A DNA stretch of 64,000 nt, from the IMG/VR virus record IMGVR_UViG_3300028048_000001, positions 96,001-160,000 of that record; one strand, 5' to 3'. The notes beneath the pieces are model-generated. The model did not search any database and was not told the origin of the DNA. It was given only the letters and a program-made list of their open reading frames with translations. The position numbers and the translations under genes were made by a program. Positions 19,473 to 29,183 of the stretch are shown piece after piece (within the stretch, counting starts at the first letter, position 1; every line of letters begins with the position of its first letter). Source of the DNA: a virus. Its lineage: Duplodnaviria; Caudoviricetes.

Positions 19473-20285
19473 ATGAATAATATGTATAATGGATATACTT
19501 TTAATTCTATTAAAATGAACGAAATTCGTTTTGGCTTAAAAGATGGATTAGACGTATCTATATATGCTGATCCTAAGTTTGATTGGGAGCAGATGCGTGA
19601 AATTCGTATTGGCCTTAGAGATAGATTAGATGTATCTATTTATGCTGATCCTAAATTTAATTGGAAACAGATGCGTGAAATTCGTATTGGCCTTAGAGAT
19701 AGATTAGATGTATCTATTTATGCTGATCCTAAATTTAGTGGTATTAAAATGTATCAAATTCGTCTTGGTTTGAAAGATGGATTAGATGTATTTATTTATG
19801 CTAATCCTAAGTTTGATTGGGAACAGATGGATGAAATCCGTCTTGGTTTGAAAGATGGATTGGACGTTTCTATCTATGCTTATCCTGAATTTAATGATTA
19901 TCAAATGGGTCAAATTCGTCTTGATTTAAAAGATGGATTAGATGTATCTATTTATGCTAATCCTAAGTTTGACTTCTTTCAAATACGTGAAATTCGTCTT
20001 GGTTTGAAAGAAGGATTAGACGTATCTATCTATGCCAATCCTGAATTTAGTATTTATCAAATGTATCAAATCCGTCTTGGATTAGAGGATGGATTGGATG
20101 TATCTGTTTATGCTGATCCTAAATTTAATGATTGTCAAATGCATCAAATCCGTCTTGGTTTAAAAGATGGATTGGATGTATCTATCTATGCTGATCCTAA
20201 GTTTAGCAGTGATAAAATGCATCAAATTCGTCTTGGCTTAAAAGATGGAGTGGATGTATCTATTTATAAGGAGGATAAATTATGA
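19473..20285 (+). CDS. 26-aa helical repeat protein, copy 4 (9 repeats + cap)
   Basis: Same repeat; AAGGAGG RBS; MNNMYNGY leader. Confidence 0.85.
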   Translation: MNNMYNGYTFNSIKMNEIRFGLKDGLDVSIYADPKFDWEQMREIRIGLRDRLDVSIYADPKFNWKQMREIRIGLRDRLDVSIYADPKFSGIKMYQIRLGLKDGLDVFIYANPKFDWEQMDEIRLGLKDGLDVSIYAYPEFNDYQMGQIRLDLKDGLDVSIYANPKFDFFQIREIRLGLKEGLDVSIYANPEFSIYQMYQIRLGLEDGLDVSVYADPKFNDCQMHQIRLGLKDGLDVSIYADPKFSSDKMHQIRLGLKDGVDVSIYKEDKL

Positions 20286-20842
20286 ATAATATGTATAATG
20301 GATATGCTTTTAATTCTGATGAAATGGATGAAATTCATATTGGGTTAGAAAAAGGATTAGACGTATCTATATATGCTAATCCTGAATTTAATGATTATCA
20401 AATGCATCAAATTCGTCTTGGGTTAGAGGATAGATTGGATGTATCTGTTTATGCTGATCCTAAGTTTGACTTCTTTCAAATGGATGAAATTCGTCTTGGT
20501 TTAAAAGATGGATTAGACGTATCTATTTATGCTAATCCTAAATTTAACGATTATCAGATGTATGAAATCCGTCTTGGTTTGAAAGATAAATTGGATATAT
20601 CTATCTATGCTGATCCTAAATTTAGTGATTATCAAATGGATGAAATTCGTATTGGTTTAAAAGATGGATTAGATGCATCTATTTATGCTGATCCTAAATT
20701 TAACTGGTCTCAAATGCGTCAAATTCGTTTTGGCTTAAAAGATGGATTAGACGTATCTATTTATGCTGATCCTAAGTTTAGATGTGATAAAATGTATCAA
20801 ATTCGTCTTAGTTTAAAAGATGGATTAGATGTATCTATCTAA
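20282..20842 (+). CDS. 26-aa helical repeat protein, copy 5 (6 repeats + cap)
   Basis: Same repeat; MNNMYNGY leader; ATGA overlap with copy 4. Confidence 0.85.
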   Translation: MNNMYNGYAFNSDEMDEIHIGLEKGLDVSIYANPEFNDYQMHQIRLGLEDRLDVSVYADPKFDFFQMDEIRLGLKDGLDVSIYANPKFNDYQMYEIRLGLKDKLDISIYADPKFSDYQMDEIRIGLKDGLDASIYADPKFNWSQMRQIRFGLKDGLDVSIYADPKFRCDKMYQIRLSLKDGLDVSI

Positions 20843-20922
20843 ATAAATTCATCTTAAACTCAAAAACTTTAAATAGTAACTGATATTATTAACAGTATTG
20901 CAACTGAGATAAAATATAATAT

Positions 20923-20960
20923 AAAAAGCTGTGAGAATTAATTCTCACAGCTTTTATTTT
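20923..20960. terminator. Bidirectional terminator between convergent genes
   Basis: AAAAGCTGTGAGAATT-AATTCTCACAGCTTTT. Confidence 0.8.
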
Positions 20961-21440
20961 TTAAAATGTATTAATATTTCTTAATCCAAAATTAGCGTTA
21001 TCAATATCTCCATTTTGCTTAATAGAATAATTTAATACTTCTAATTTAGCTCTATTTTTTATACTTTCTAACATCTCTTCTTCTGTTTCGAATGGATATC
21101 CAACTGATAATCGTAATTTAATACTATCAGTCATTTCTAACATTATTTTTTTCATAATATATTGAATAGAATTTTCTATATTTTGTTCATTCATATAATT
21201 TTCGCTATTTGGATCTATATTATAAATTTGCCATTCTAATAATGCTTGATTTACTAAATAGTCCATTAAATCTCTAGAATCTTTTATTGAATAATTACTT
21301 TTCTGAATAAAAACGTCTCTATCTCTGATAATTTCTGAGATGCTTTTTATAGTTTTTTGGTAATAAGTTAATTTTATAAAAACAATTATTGATATAAATA
21401 TAAAAAACAATAATAAAATTAATATAATAATTAAATTCAT
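20961..21440 (-). CDS. Membrane-anchored hypothetical protein
   Basis: N-terminal TM helix; AGGAG RBS. Confidence 0.6.
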   Translation of the reverse strand: MNLIIILILLLFFIFISIIVFIKLTYYQKTIKSISEIIRDRDVFIQKSNYSIKDSRDLMDYLVNQALLEWQIYNIDPNSENYMNEQNIENSIQYIMKKIMLEMTDSIKLRLSVGYPFETEEEMLESIKNRAKLEVLNYSIKQNGDIDNANFGLRNINTF

Positions 21441-21510
21441 ATTAAATCTCCTGTTGTAAAAGTTTTAAAGGATGTAATGAATAGGGGTGTATGATGCACC
21501 CCTTATTTTT

Positions 21511-22302
21511 TTATACCATTCCATTTATATATCCAAACGAATAATCAATTAAATTATTAGAATTGATATAATTGCTGTTATAATAATTAAATTCATTATA
21601 ATCTCCCCATGATTTTATAGTATCGGAAAGTTGATAATATTGTAAATCTGTAAGTTCATTATTTTTTTGGCAATTATTTATATATTTTATTACTTTATTA
21701 GCTATATCCATTGTAATACCATAACTATATTTTCTTAATAATTCTACCCAATTTCCAAAACACATACTGATAGGAATATACATATCAGGATTAGCATGAT
21801 ATATTTGATGTGCTGTTTCTGATAGCATTACAATAGGAATATGATTTTCTCTATGTTCTTGTATCAATAGATTTATAATATCAAAAGTTGTACATCTTCC
21901 TACTGTATTTAATATGTGTTGAGATATTAATATTGTGATATCATATATCGTTAAAAAATTATGATGCATTTCGATATCCGCCATTCCGTCTTGAATATTT
22001 CCTAGTATTTGACATCTATCTAATCCCATACTCATTAAATAAGCTTTATATCCTTTATATGCTCTAGATTTTCTAAATCTATGTATACAATTATCTATAA
22101 ACCTTTTATAGGTATCAACATCTGCTAATGTTTCTCTTGTTTGATAAAATTGTAATGGATATGGAGATATATTAAAATATATACTAGCTATTGGAGTATT
22201 TGGATTTATAAATTCTCTTGCCAAATAAATATCTATATCATTTTTATCAGCAATTTTTGTATTAGATAATTCTGTAAATTGATTTTCTATTAAATTATTC
22301 AT
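21511..22302 (-). CDS. Conserved protein with HNH-like His motifs; paralog of 86..919
   Basis: AAGGTG RBS; shared motifs with 86..919. Confidence 0.6.
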   Translation of the reverse strand: MNNLIENQFTELSNTKIADKNDIDIYLAREFINPNTPIASIYFNISPYPLQFYQTRETLADVDTYKRFIDNCIHRFRKSRAYKGYKAYLMSMGLDRCQILGNIQDGMADIEMHHNFLTIYDITILISQHILNTVGRCTTFDIINLLIQEHRENHIPIVMLSETAHQIYHANPDMYIPISMCFGNWVELLRKYSYGITMDIANKVIKYINNCQKNNELTDLQYYQLSDTIKSWGDYNEFNYYNSNYINSNNLIDYSFGYINGMV

Positions 22303-22397
22303 AATTATTCACCTTTATTTCAATTATTAAAAAGTAAATATTTTCTACTTTTACCACTTCAAATTAAAGTGATTTTTAATAATAGGAGAAAATAAAA

Positions 22398-23120
22398 ATG
22401 CCAAAATATAGATCAAAAAATTTTACAGATGCTGATATTAATAATATTATTAATTTATATGAATTAGGATATTCTATTCAGCAAATTAGAGATATTACAA
22501 AAATTGCTAAAGATGTAATAAAAAAATATCTTGTTATTAAATTTGATAATGAAATTCCTATAACTCTTGATGAAAAATCATATTTTAGAAAAACTTATAA
22601 AGCTGGAAAATCTATTACAGAGATTTCTCATATAACAGGAAGAAATTGTTCTGTTATTAGAAGATATATTAAAGATCTTATAACTGATAAAGAAAAAGAA
22701 GAAAAATGCAAAGAAAATGAATCAATATTAAAAAAGAAAGCAAATAAAAATTCTGAAGATATTATTAATATATATTTAAATTCTTCATATGAAATATCAG
22801 ATATCGCTAAATATTATAATACGTCTAATGATTCAATTAGAAAAGTTATTAAATCTTGGGTCGATAAATATACTACATATGATAAAATATTTGAAAAACC
22901 GATTAATATTATAAAAGAAAAAATATTTAAAGATTTTTATTGTAATATAGGAGATAAATATGAAGTAATAGTACATACTTTTGAAGACGGAAACAAATTA
23001 TCTGTTGCTACAATAAAAGAATTATATCCAAAAATTGTTATGACAGATAAAGGAAGTTTTTCTTATAGAGATATAATATTAAATTCTAAATTAATATCTA
23101 GAAATATTAAAAATAATTGA
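22398..23120 (+). CDS. Multi-HTH DNA-binding protein
   Basis: Three HTH-like segments: GYSIQQIRDITKIAKDVIKKYL, GKSITEISHITGRNCSVIRRYI, YEISDIAKYYNTSNDSIRKVI. Confidence 0.6.
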   Translation: MPKYRSKNFTDADINNIINLYELGYSIQQIRDITKIAKDVIKKYLVIKFDNEIPITLDEKSYFRKTYKAGKSITEISHITGRNCSVIRRYIKDLITDKEKEEKCKENESILKKKANKNSEDIINIYLNSSYEISDIAKYYNTSNDSIRKVIKSWVDKYTTYDKIFEKPINIIKEKIFKDFYCNIGDKYEVIVHTFEDGNKLSVATIKELYPKIVMTDKGSFSYRDIILNSKLISRNIKNN

Positions 23121-23153
23121 CATCTATGTAATACCCTATTAATGGAGGAATAA

Positions 23154-26100
23154 ATGGAAAAAGTAACTTTATCCAGTAAAGTATTTACTGAAAATCCATT
23201 ACTAGATGAAATAATATACAATATTAGACAATTAGCTATTGGAACAATATTAAAAGATCAAGATAAAGCTGATAATAATGAAACATTAGAATCTATTAAA
23301 GCTGGAGATGTTCTTATTAGTCTTAATAGAGGTCATTATAATTTTAATTTCTTTTATTATGATGAAACTTTATTAAGACAGATATCTGGATTAACAGAAG
23401 AAGAAATTATAGAATATTCTGCTGATAATAGTAAAATTCCTGAAAGTATAAGAAAACCGTTATTTAATATGGCATCAGAAACATTTTTAAATAATTATGT
23501 TGAATATAATAATTATTATAGAATGCTTCATGGTGAACCGGATTATGATGAAACTGGTGTATGGCAAGGACTTTGGATAGACGATAATTATATAGATGAA
23601 GAAATTCCAACATCATTAGATCATATATCTATTGCTTATAAAGAGGAATACGATAATAATGGTAATCTTATATCAAATTATAAATTAATTCATGAATTAT
23701 CTTTAGCTAAACAGATTATTCTTGATTCTAATGGTACATTGGATAATATAATAGAAAATGAAACATGGCTAACAGCTAATAATTTAGAAAGAGATAATGT
23801 ATTATATCTCTTTCATATGGGTGATAAACAAATAGAATATTATGATGCAAGAACAGCAGAAAAATTTGCTATGTTATATTGCCCATCTTGTGATTCTGAA
23901 GAAGTAAGAATAAGATATAAAGATTTATTAGAAGCTAATAGATTGTATTTATTATATACAGTATATTCTACAGCTTATAAATATAGATCTGATTATTATG
24001 ATAATTTTATGATGGTGTTTTTAATCATACAAACGATTATAGATATGATCGTAGAATTACCAGAATATTTAATAAGAAGAGATATATTTGATACAAGAAC
24101 AGCTAGATATATTTTTGAATCAAATGGTGTTAAATATTTTAAGGATATACCATTAAGATATCAAATAGCTCTTGTAAAAAATCTTAATAAATTGATTAAA
24201 TTTAAATCTACAGATAAATGTATTGTTGATATAATATCATTGTTTGGATTTAGAAATATTAATGCTTTTAAATATTATATTTTGAAAGATAGAAATGTAA
24301 ATAATCCAGACAATTTGGATTATTATGATAATACAAAAATTGTAACAGATGAAGAAGGAAATAGAGATATTGTTCCTGATAATGATACAAACTATGATGT
24401 TAAATTTATTAAAGTTCCATTATTAGATCCGATATATGATAATTATGCAAAAAAAGATCAAAATATATTAGAATATGATGAAATAACATTACCAGATGCA
24501 TATTGGACTGGAGACAAGCAATATGAAACAGTAAAATCTGGAGTTAAAGATCTTGATTTTACTGTACTTAGGTCTAAATATTATACAATAGAGGCTGTTA
24601 TAGATTTAGCAGAAAGAAATTTTTCTCTTGTATATTTTATGAATATTCTGATGTATAATAAAATAGATAAATCTTCTCTTAGAATAAATTTACCTAATAT
24701 TTCTACTACCAAAAAAGTAGAATTAGTAAATGCTATTTTAGCATTATATTCTCTTGGGTATATTTATTATGGGATAGAAGATACTATAATGGATAGTAGA
24801 TCTAAAATAGCAGAAATATTAGGATTTAATATGGAAGCAGATTTTGCAGCTATTGCTCAATATTTGCATGATAATCATAGAGGATTAACTTTAGAAGAAT
24901 TGTGTTATGGACATGATGCTGTAGAAAGACCAGGATTTACAGTACCTAGTGATGATAAAATTTATAGTTTTGAAGAGCTTAGAGCTATTTTCTTAAATAA
25001 TAGAGATATATATAAACATGTAATAGAAGTAATGCAAAATCCACCTAGCAAAGAAATATACAATGCTTATAGATATTTATATAAGACATTATTCATCATG
25101 GATATGAATCTTGAATATTTCCTTGTAGGGGATAATGATATTGTAGATGAATACAAATCTAATGGATATACAACCAGATTTATCAATATTCCAAAACCAG
25201 AAAATTATCAAAATCCAGATGTTTATGAATATGATATGAAATGTCTTACAAGTACTTGTAATGAAAATACTCTTTATTTTGAAATGAGTGATAATTTTAA
25301 TGATACTCATGAATTTAATCTGTATACTTATAATCCAGAAAATGAAGAGTTTATCTCATTAAATGCTACTGCTAAAATGGCTAGCACATATACAGAATAT
25401 ATGAGATATAATGATGGTAATGTATATAAATTTCTTGTACAAGTTGCTTCTATAGATGATGAAGAAAAAAGGCAAGAAACTTGTGTCAATGCTATTCAAC
25501 AGATTATTGGATATATTAAAGATTATGTAGATGAAGATAAAACTGAAGTTTATATGGATGATGTATTTTCTGGTTTACCATCTGTTTCGTTAGAATTTGT
25601 TAAATCTTATATAGAAGAGGTAATAGATTTCTTCAAATCCTTTAAGATATTTACTCATGAATCTTCTATTATGTATGTAATAGATGATAAGTTTGATCAA
25701 TATGTTCAATTAATAGATCATATTTTACTTAAATATTTATTTGATAAAGCTGAAATTATTAAAATTGAAGATTTTATTTCAAATTCTAAAGTAAATATTA
25801 CAGAAAAAGAACGAGCCGATCTTATAGATAAAGTATGGTTTAGTATGGATTGGTGGATAAGAAAAAATTATTCTGAATATTATGAGAATAATAGAAATGC
25901 TTTAGAGGAAAATACAAGGCATGAATTTGTATATTATTGTCCTCAGTGTGGAACTAAATTAAATTCTAATGATACAGTATGTCCTCAATGTGGGACAGAA
26001 AATAAAGTTCCTATTATATTTGATAATTATGCTTCATTTAATAAAGCAATAAGAGAGTGGATAGATAGAAGGACAACTTTTGAATTATATGATGAAATGT

Positions 26101-26615
26101 TTAATCCAGAAAATCATTATATCAAAGAACTTGAAATTTATGCAGTAGATGCTATTTTACATATGCTAGTAGATATGTATGAGTATAATCAGATTAATAT
26201 TAACGATACTATAGGAAAAATGAGTGTTACAAAATATCTTACTGAATATATTAATGAATGGATAACAGATATTGCATATGTATTTCTTAAATTAGAACTT
26301 CATGATGGAGAAATACATTGCTCTAAATATTTCTGTCCTCATTGTGGAAAAGAGATAGAATATAATACTATAACTTGTCCATATTGTGGAAAAACAATAT
26401 TAGAACCAGATTCTAAGTATCACTATATAAGTCATATTAAAGATACGTTAAGCAAATCTGCTAGACTTAATTTAAATTATGCAATTAATTTTAGAGAAAG
26501 TATTAATAATTTCAATCAAACTATGAGTTTATATGAACAACCATATAGACTTTTTGATAATTATTATGCAATTATAACTCAAGAATTTCCACCACATGAA
26601 TTTATAGATGCTTAA
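23154..26615 (+). CDS. Large virion structural protein, probable baseplate wedge, with two double zinc ribbons
   Basis: 1153 aa; late-type motif at 23119; LIKFKST..IVDIISLFGF resembles wedge proteins; CPQCG..CPQCG and CPHCG..CPYCG. Confidence 0.55.
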   Translation: MEKVTLSSKVFTENPLLDEIIYNIRQLAIGTILKDQDKADNNETLESIKAGDVLISLNRGHYNFNFFYYDETLLRQISGLTEEEIIEYSADNSKIPESIRKPLFNMASETFLNNYVEYNNYYRMLHGEPDYDETGVWQGLWIDDNYIDEEIPTSLDHISIAYKEEYDNNGNLISNYKLIHELSLAKQIILDSNGTLDNIIENETWLTANNLERDNVLYLFHMGDKQIEYYDARTAEKFAMLYCPSCDSEEVRIRYKDLLEANRLYLLYTVYSTAYKYRSDYYDNFMMVFLIIQTIIDMIVELPEYLIRRDIFDTRTARYIFESNGVKYFKDIPLRYQIALVKNLNKLIKFKSTDKCIVDIISLFGFRNINAFKYYILKDRNVNNPDNLDYYDNTKIVTDEEGNRDIVPDNDTNYDVKFIKVPLLDPIYDNYAKKDQNILEYDEITLPDAYWTGDKQYETVKSGVKDLDFTVLRSKYYTIEAVIDLAERNFSLVYFMNILMYNKIDKSSLRINLPNISTTKKVELVNAILALYSLGYIYYGIEDTIMDSRSKIAEILGFNMEADFAAIAQYLHDNHRGLTLEELCYGHDAVERPGFTVPSDDKIYSFEELRAIFLNNRDIYKHVIEVMQNPPSKEIYNAYRYLYKTLFIMDMNLEYFLVGDNDIVDEYKSNGYTTRFINIPKPENYQNPDVYEYDMKCLTSTCNENTLYFEMSDNFNDTHEFNLYTYNPENEEFISLNATAKMASTYTEYMRYNDGNVYKFLVQVASIDDEEKRQETCVNAIQQIIGYIKDYVDEDKTEVYMDDVFSGLPSVSLEFVKSYIEEVIDFFKSFKIFTHESSIMYVIDDKFDQYVQLIDHILLKYLFDKAEIIKIEDFISNSKVNITEKERADLIDKVWFSMDWWIRKNYSEYYENNRNALEENTRHEFVYYCPQCGTKLNSNDTVCPQCGTENKVPIIFDNYASFNKAIREWIDRRTTFELYDEMFNPENHYIKELEIYAVDAILHMLVDMYEYNQININDTIGKMSVTKYLTEYINEWITDIAYVFLKLELHDGEIHCSKYFCPHCGKEIEYNTITCPYCGKTILEPDSKYHYISHIKDTLSKSARLNLNYAINFRESINNFNQTMSLYEQPYRLFDNYYAIITQEFPPHEFIDA

Positions 26616-26629
26616 TACTATATAAGCAG

Positions 26630-26643
26630 AACATTCAATTAAT
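26630..26643 (+). promoter_or_regulatory. Putative late (non-virion RNAP) promoter NACW-N6-TA, representative copy
   Basis: AACA-TTCAAT-TAAT; about 18 copies with the same spacing upstream of structural, terminase, portal and polymerase genes. Confidence 0.55.
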
Positions 26644-26674
26644 TACGTTAACACATTATAGGAGGTTAATTATA

Positions 26675-27490
26675 ATGCCTAATAAAAATATCACATTATT
26701 CGATTTTCAAAAAGCGAATGATGATGTTAATCTTAAAAAGACATGGCTTAAAGGCGAAGTTATTTTCAAAAATATTGATACTGGAGAGCCTATTCTTACT
26801 GTTCATAATAAAGTAGTTATTGCTGGTTCTCAATTTGTGGCTCAAAAGGTATTTGATCTTGATGAACTTGTTCATCTTCCTACCTATAATGAGTCTCTTT
26901 CTCTTGATAATAGTAGTGATCCAGGAGCTATTCCAGAAAATACTCCTAAAGCATGCCTTTTCTGTTGTGGTACACAAGGTTGTGGACCAGAAAGCTCTGC
27001 AGTTTATCCGGTTCAATATACCAATAGAATTAAGCCTGCTGGAGATCTTGTTCCATTTAGATATCAACTTATTCAAAATGATCTTCCTGATGATTTAAGA
27101 GAAGTTTATTTTGGAAGAAAAGCAACTTCTGATAGAATTGCATATTATTTTAAAGCTTTCGAATCTGAGCCTAAATTATATATGCAATATGTAGATTCAA
27201 CTCCTATTGATTCTACTCTTTATGATTCTCAGAATACGTCTGATGCTGAAACTTATGTTGAATTTACTCTGAGAATTACTAAAGATGATTTTAGAGATTA
27301 TTTTAGAGCAACTTCTTCTATCAATGATGCTAAAATTAATTCTATTTCTATCCTTACTGCATGGTATACTACGAGTCAGGGATATAAATGGTATCAAAAT
27401 ATTATTCCTCTTACTCAATTAAATATTCCTAATGAACCTCTTATTGATCTTACAAAAGGAATTGATATTACATACCATATCTACTTCTAA
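26675..27490 (+). CDS. Virion structural protein (baseplate/tail-associated)
   Basis: GGAGG RBS; late motif at 26630; HNKVVIAG N-terminus and ITYHIYF C-terminus resemble baseplate/fibre-attachment proteins. Confidence 0.5.
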   Translation: MPNKNITLFDFQKANDDVNLKKTWLKGEVIFKNIDTGEPILTVHNKVVIAGSQFVAQKVFDLDELVHLPTYNESLSLDNSSDPGAIPENTPKACLFCCGTQGCGPESSAVYPVQYTNRIKPAGDLVPFRYQLIQNDLPDDLREVYFGRKATSDRIAYYFKAFESEPKLYMQYVDSTPIDSTLYDSQNTSDAETYVEFTLRITKDDFRDYFRATSSINDAKINSISILTAWYTTSQGYKWYQNIIPLTQLNIPNEPLIDLTKGIDITYHIYF

Positions 27491-27508
27491 TATTAGGAGG
27501 TGGATATA

Positions 27509-28738
27509 ATGGCTAAAAGAGTATCGAAAAAAATTACTAATAGTGAATTAAGAGATACTTTAATTAATATAGAAGAGAAAAATATAACTGCTTCATTTAT
27601 ATATGATTTATTTGGTGAATTTGATGGGGTTGCAAAATGCAACCCCTATGACACTATAGACATTCCACCAAATAAATATGGACCAGATAAAAAGAAAAAT
27701 AAAAATAGCTTTACCACTACAGTAGGTTTGTGGATTTTTAATAAATGGATAATAGAACCAGATTTATTTAATATATTTGGATATATAAATAAAACTATTG
27801 ATGGAAAACAACTTGATCATATGAATCAAGAATTATCATATGCTTTAATGGAAGACAGAATTGAAGTTGAAGCTTTAAAAAGATATTTAATGAAAACTCA
27901 ATTAGCTATGCAATTTGTTACTATATTAGCTCCTAATTATAATGAATCTATTTTAACAATAACAAAAACCATAGATAAAAGAAAAGAAGAATTAATTAAA
28001 AAATATAAAAAAGAATTAGATTCTGGTGACACTGTAATAGCTAAACAAATCGAAGATGAATTAATTGATTATGCTTTGAAAGTTCTTGAAGATGATCCAT
28101 CATTAGATACTTTCTTATCTGGAGCTAGAAGCAATATAAATAATAATTTTAAAAATTTATTTATTTGGAAAGGGGCTACTAGAGATCCTAATCCAGATTC
28201 TAAACAAGAATTTAGAATAGCTACATCGAATTATACGGATGGTATTAAAAGAGAAGAATATGGATTATATTCTAACTCTGGTATTGAAGGAGCATATTCT
28301 CGTGGTAAGAAAACAGAACATGGAGGATATCTGGAAAATCTAGCTACTTCAGCTTATCAAGATATTATTCTTGACGAACCAGGTACTGATTGTGGTACTA
28401 ATAGATATATTGAAGATGTAATTACTGAAAAGAATTTAAATAGATATATTTATAATAATATTATAGGTCCTAATGGTAAATTAATAGAATTAAATTCACA
28501 AAATGCTAAAAAATATTTTGGGAAAAAAGTAAAAATGAGAATGGCATTTCTTTGCCCTCATGAAAAGCCATGCAATGCTTGTGCTGGTAATTTCTATTAT
28601 AAATTAGGAATAAAGAATGTAGGACTTACTCTAATGCAAGTATTCTCTATATATAAAAATAAAACGATGAAAGCTTTCCATGATAGTACTGTTCAATTAA
28701 TTGAAATAGACACTATGAAAGCTTTCGGATTAAAGTAA
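27509..28738 (+). CDS. Multisubunit RNA polymerase beta' middle fragment (probably virion RNAP)
   Basis: TTVGLWIFN, SGAR, bridge-helix-like YSRGKKTEHGGYL, DCGT, C..C..CAG Zn site, trigger-loop-like TMKAFH. Confidence 0.85.
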   Translation: MAKRVSKKITNSELRDTLINIEEKNITASFIYDLFGEFDGVAKCNPYDTIDIPPNKYGPDKKKNKNSFTTTVGLWIFNKWIIEPDLFNIFGYINKTIDGKQLDHMNQELSYALMEDRIEVEALKRYLMKTQLAMQFVTILAPNYNESILTITKTIDKRKEELIKKYKKELDSGDTVIAKQIEDELIDYALKVLEDDPSLDTFLSGARSNINNNFKNLFIWKGATRDPNPDSKQEFRIATSNYTDGIKREEYGLYSNSGIEGAYSRGKKTEHGGYLENLATSAYQDIILDEPGTDCGTNRYIEDVITEKNLNRYIYNNIIGPNGKLIELNSQNAKKYFGKKVKMRMAFLCPHEKPCNACAGNFYYKLGIKNVGLTLMQVFSIYKNKTMKAFHDSTVQLIEIDTMKAFGLK

Positions 28739-28739
28739 T

Positions 28740-29138
28740 ATGAAAGATGATTATTATGATCTTCTTACAAATAAAACTTTTATTAGAGGGTATGAAAGTA
28801 AAAAAGTAGAAGAATCTAAACATTTAAAATATCCAGATATTTTTCCAAATATTTATATAATAACAAGAACAGGTCAAATTTATAGCACTGTAGATGACTT
28901 ATATATTAGATGGGATTATATAAATAAATTCCCTTCTGTAAATCTATTATGTAGAAAAATAGAAGGAGAACCATTTATAAAAAAGAGATATCTTATTAAA
29001 GATCTTATGGCTTATAATTATATAGCAAATGCTAATAATTATTTAGAGAGAGGTTGTAAGATCGTTAATATAGATGGAGATCCAAATAATTGTAATTATA
29101 ATAATATAATATTTTTAGATCCAGAAAAAGTATATTAA
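28740..29138 (+). CDS. Degenerate HNH (NUMOD4/HNH_3-like) protein
   Basis: YIITRTGQIYS...VNL...IKDLMAYNYI...VNIDGDPNNCNYNNI; the catalytic His position is occupied by Asn. Confidence 0.55.
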   Translation: MKDDYYDLLTNKTFIRGYESKKVEESKHLKYPDIFPNIYIITRTGQIYSTVDDLYIRWDYINKFPSVNLLCRKIEGEPFIKKRYLIKDLMAYNYIANANNYLERGCKIVNIDGDPNNCNYNNIIFLDPEKVY

Positions 29139-29143
29139 ATAAA

Positions 29144-29183
29144 AATAAATCCAGAGGAATTTATCCCTCTGGATTTATTATTT
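29144..29183. terminator. Bidirectional terminator
   Basis: AATAAATCCAGAGG...CCTCTGGATTTATT between convergent genes. Confidence 0.8.

Larger units (their letters stand above)
16180..20840 (+). repeat. 78-bp coding tandem repeat family, about 48 full units plus 5 caps across five genes
   Basis: Recurring GATGGATTAGATGTATCTATTTATGCTGATCCTAAxTTT...CAAATG...ATTCGTCTTGG. Confidence 0.95.

Noticed and set aside
16143-20842. CRISPR array or DGR interpretation of the 78-bp repeats
   Set aside because: Units are in-frame coding repeats with synonymous variation and no unique spacers; no cas or reverse transcriptase gene in the window; variation is not adenine-specific
28740-29138. Active homing endonuclease serving the terL intron
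   Set aside because: The catalytic His appears replaced by Asn and the ORF lies outside the intron on the opposite strand
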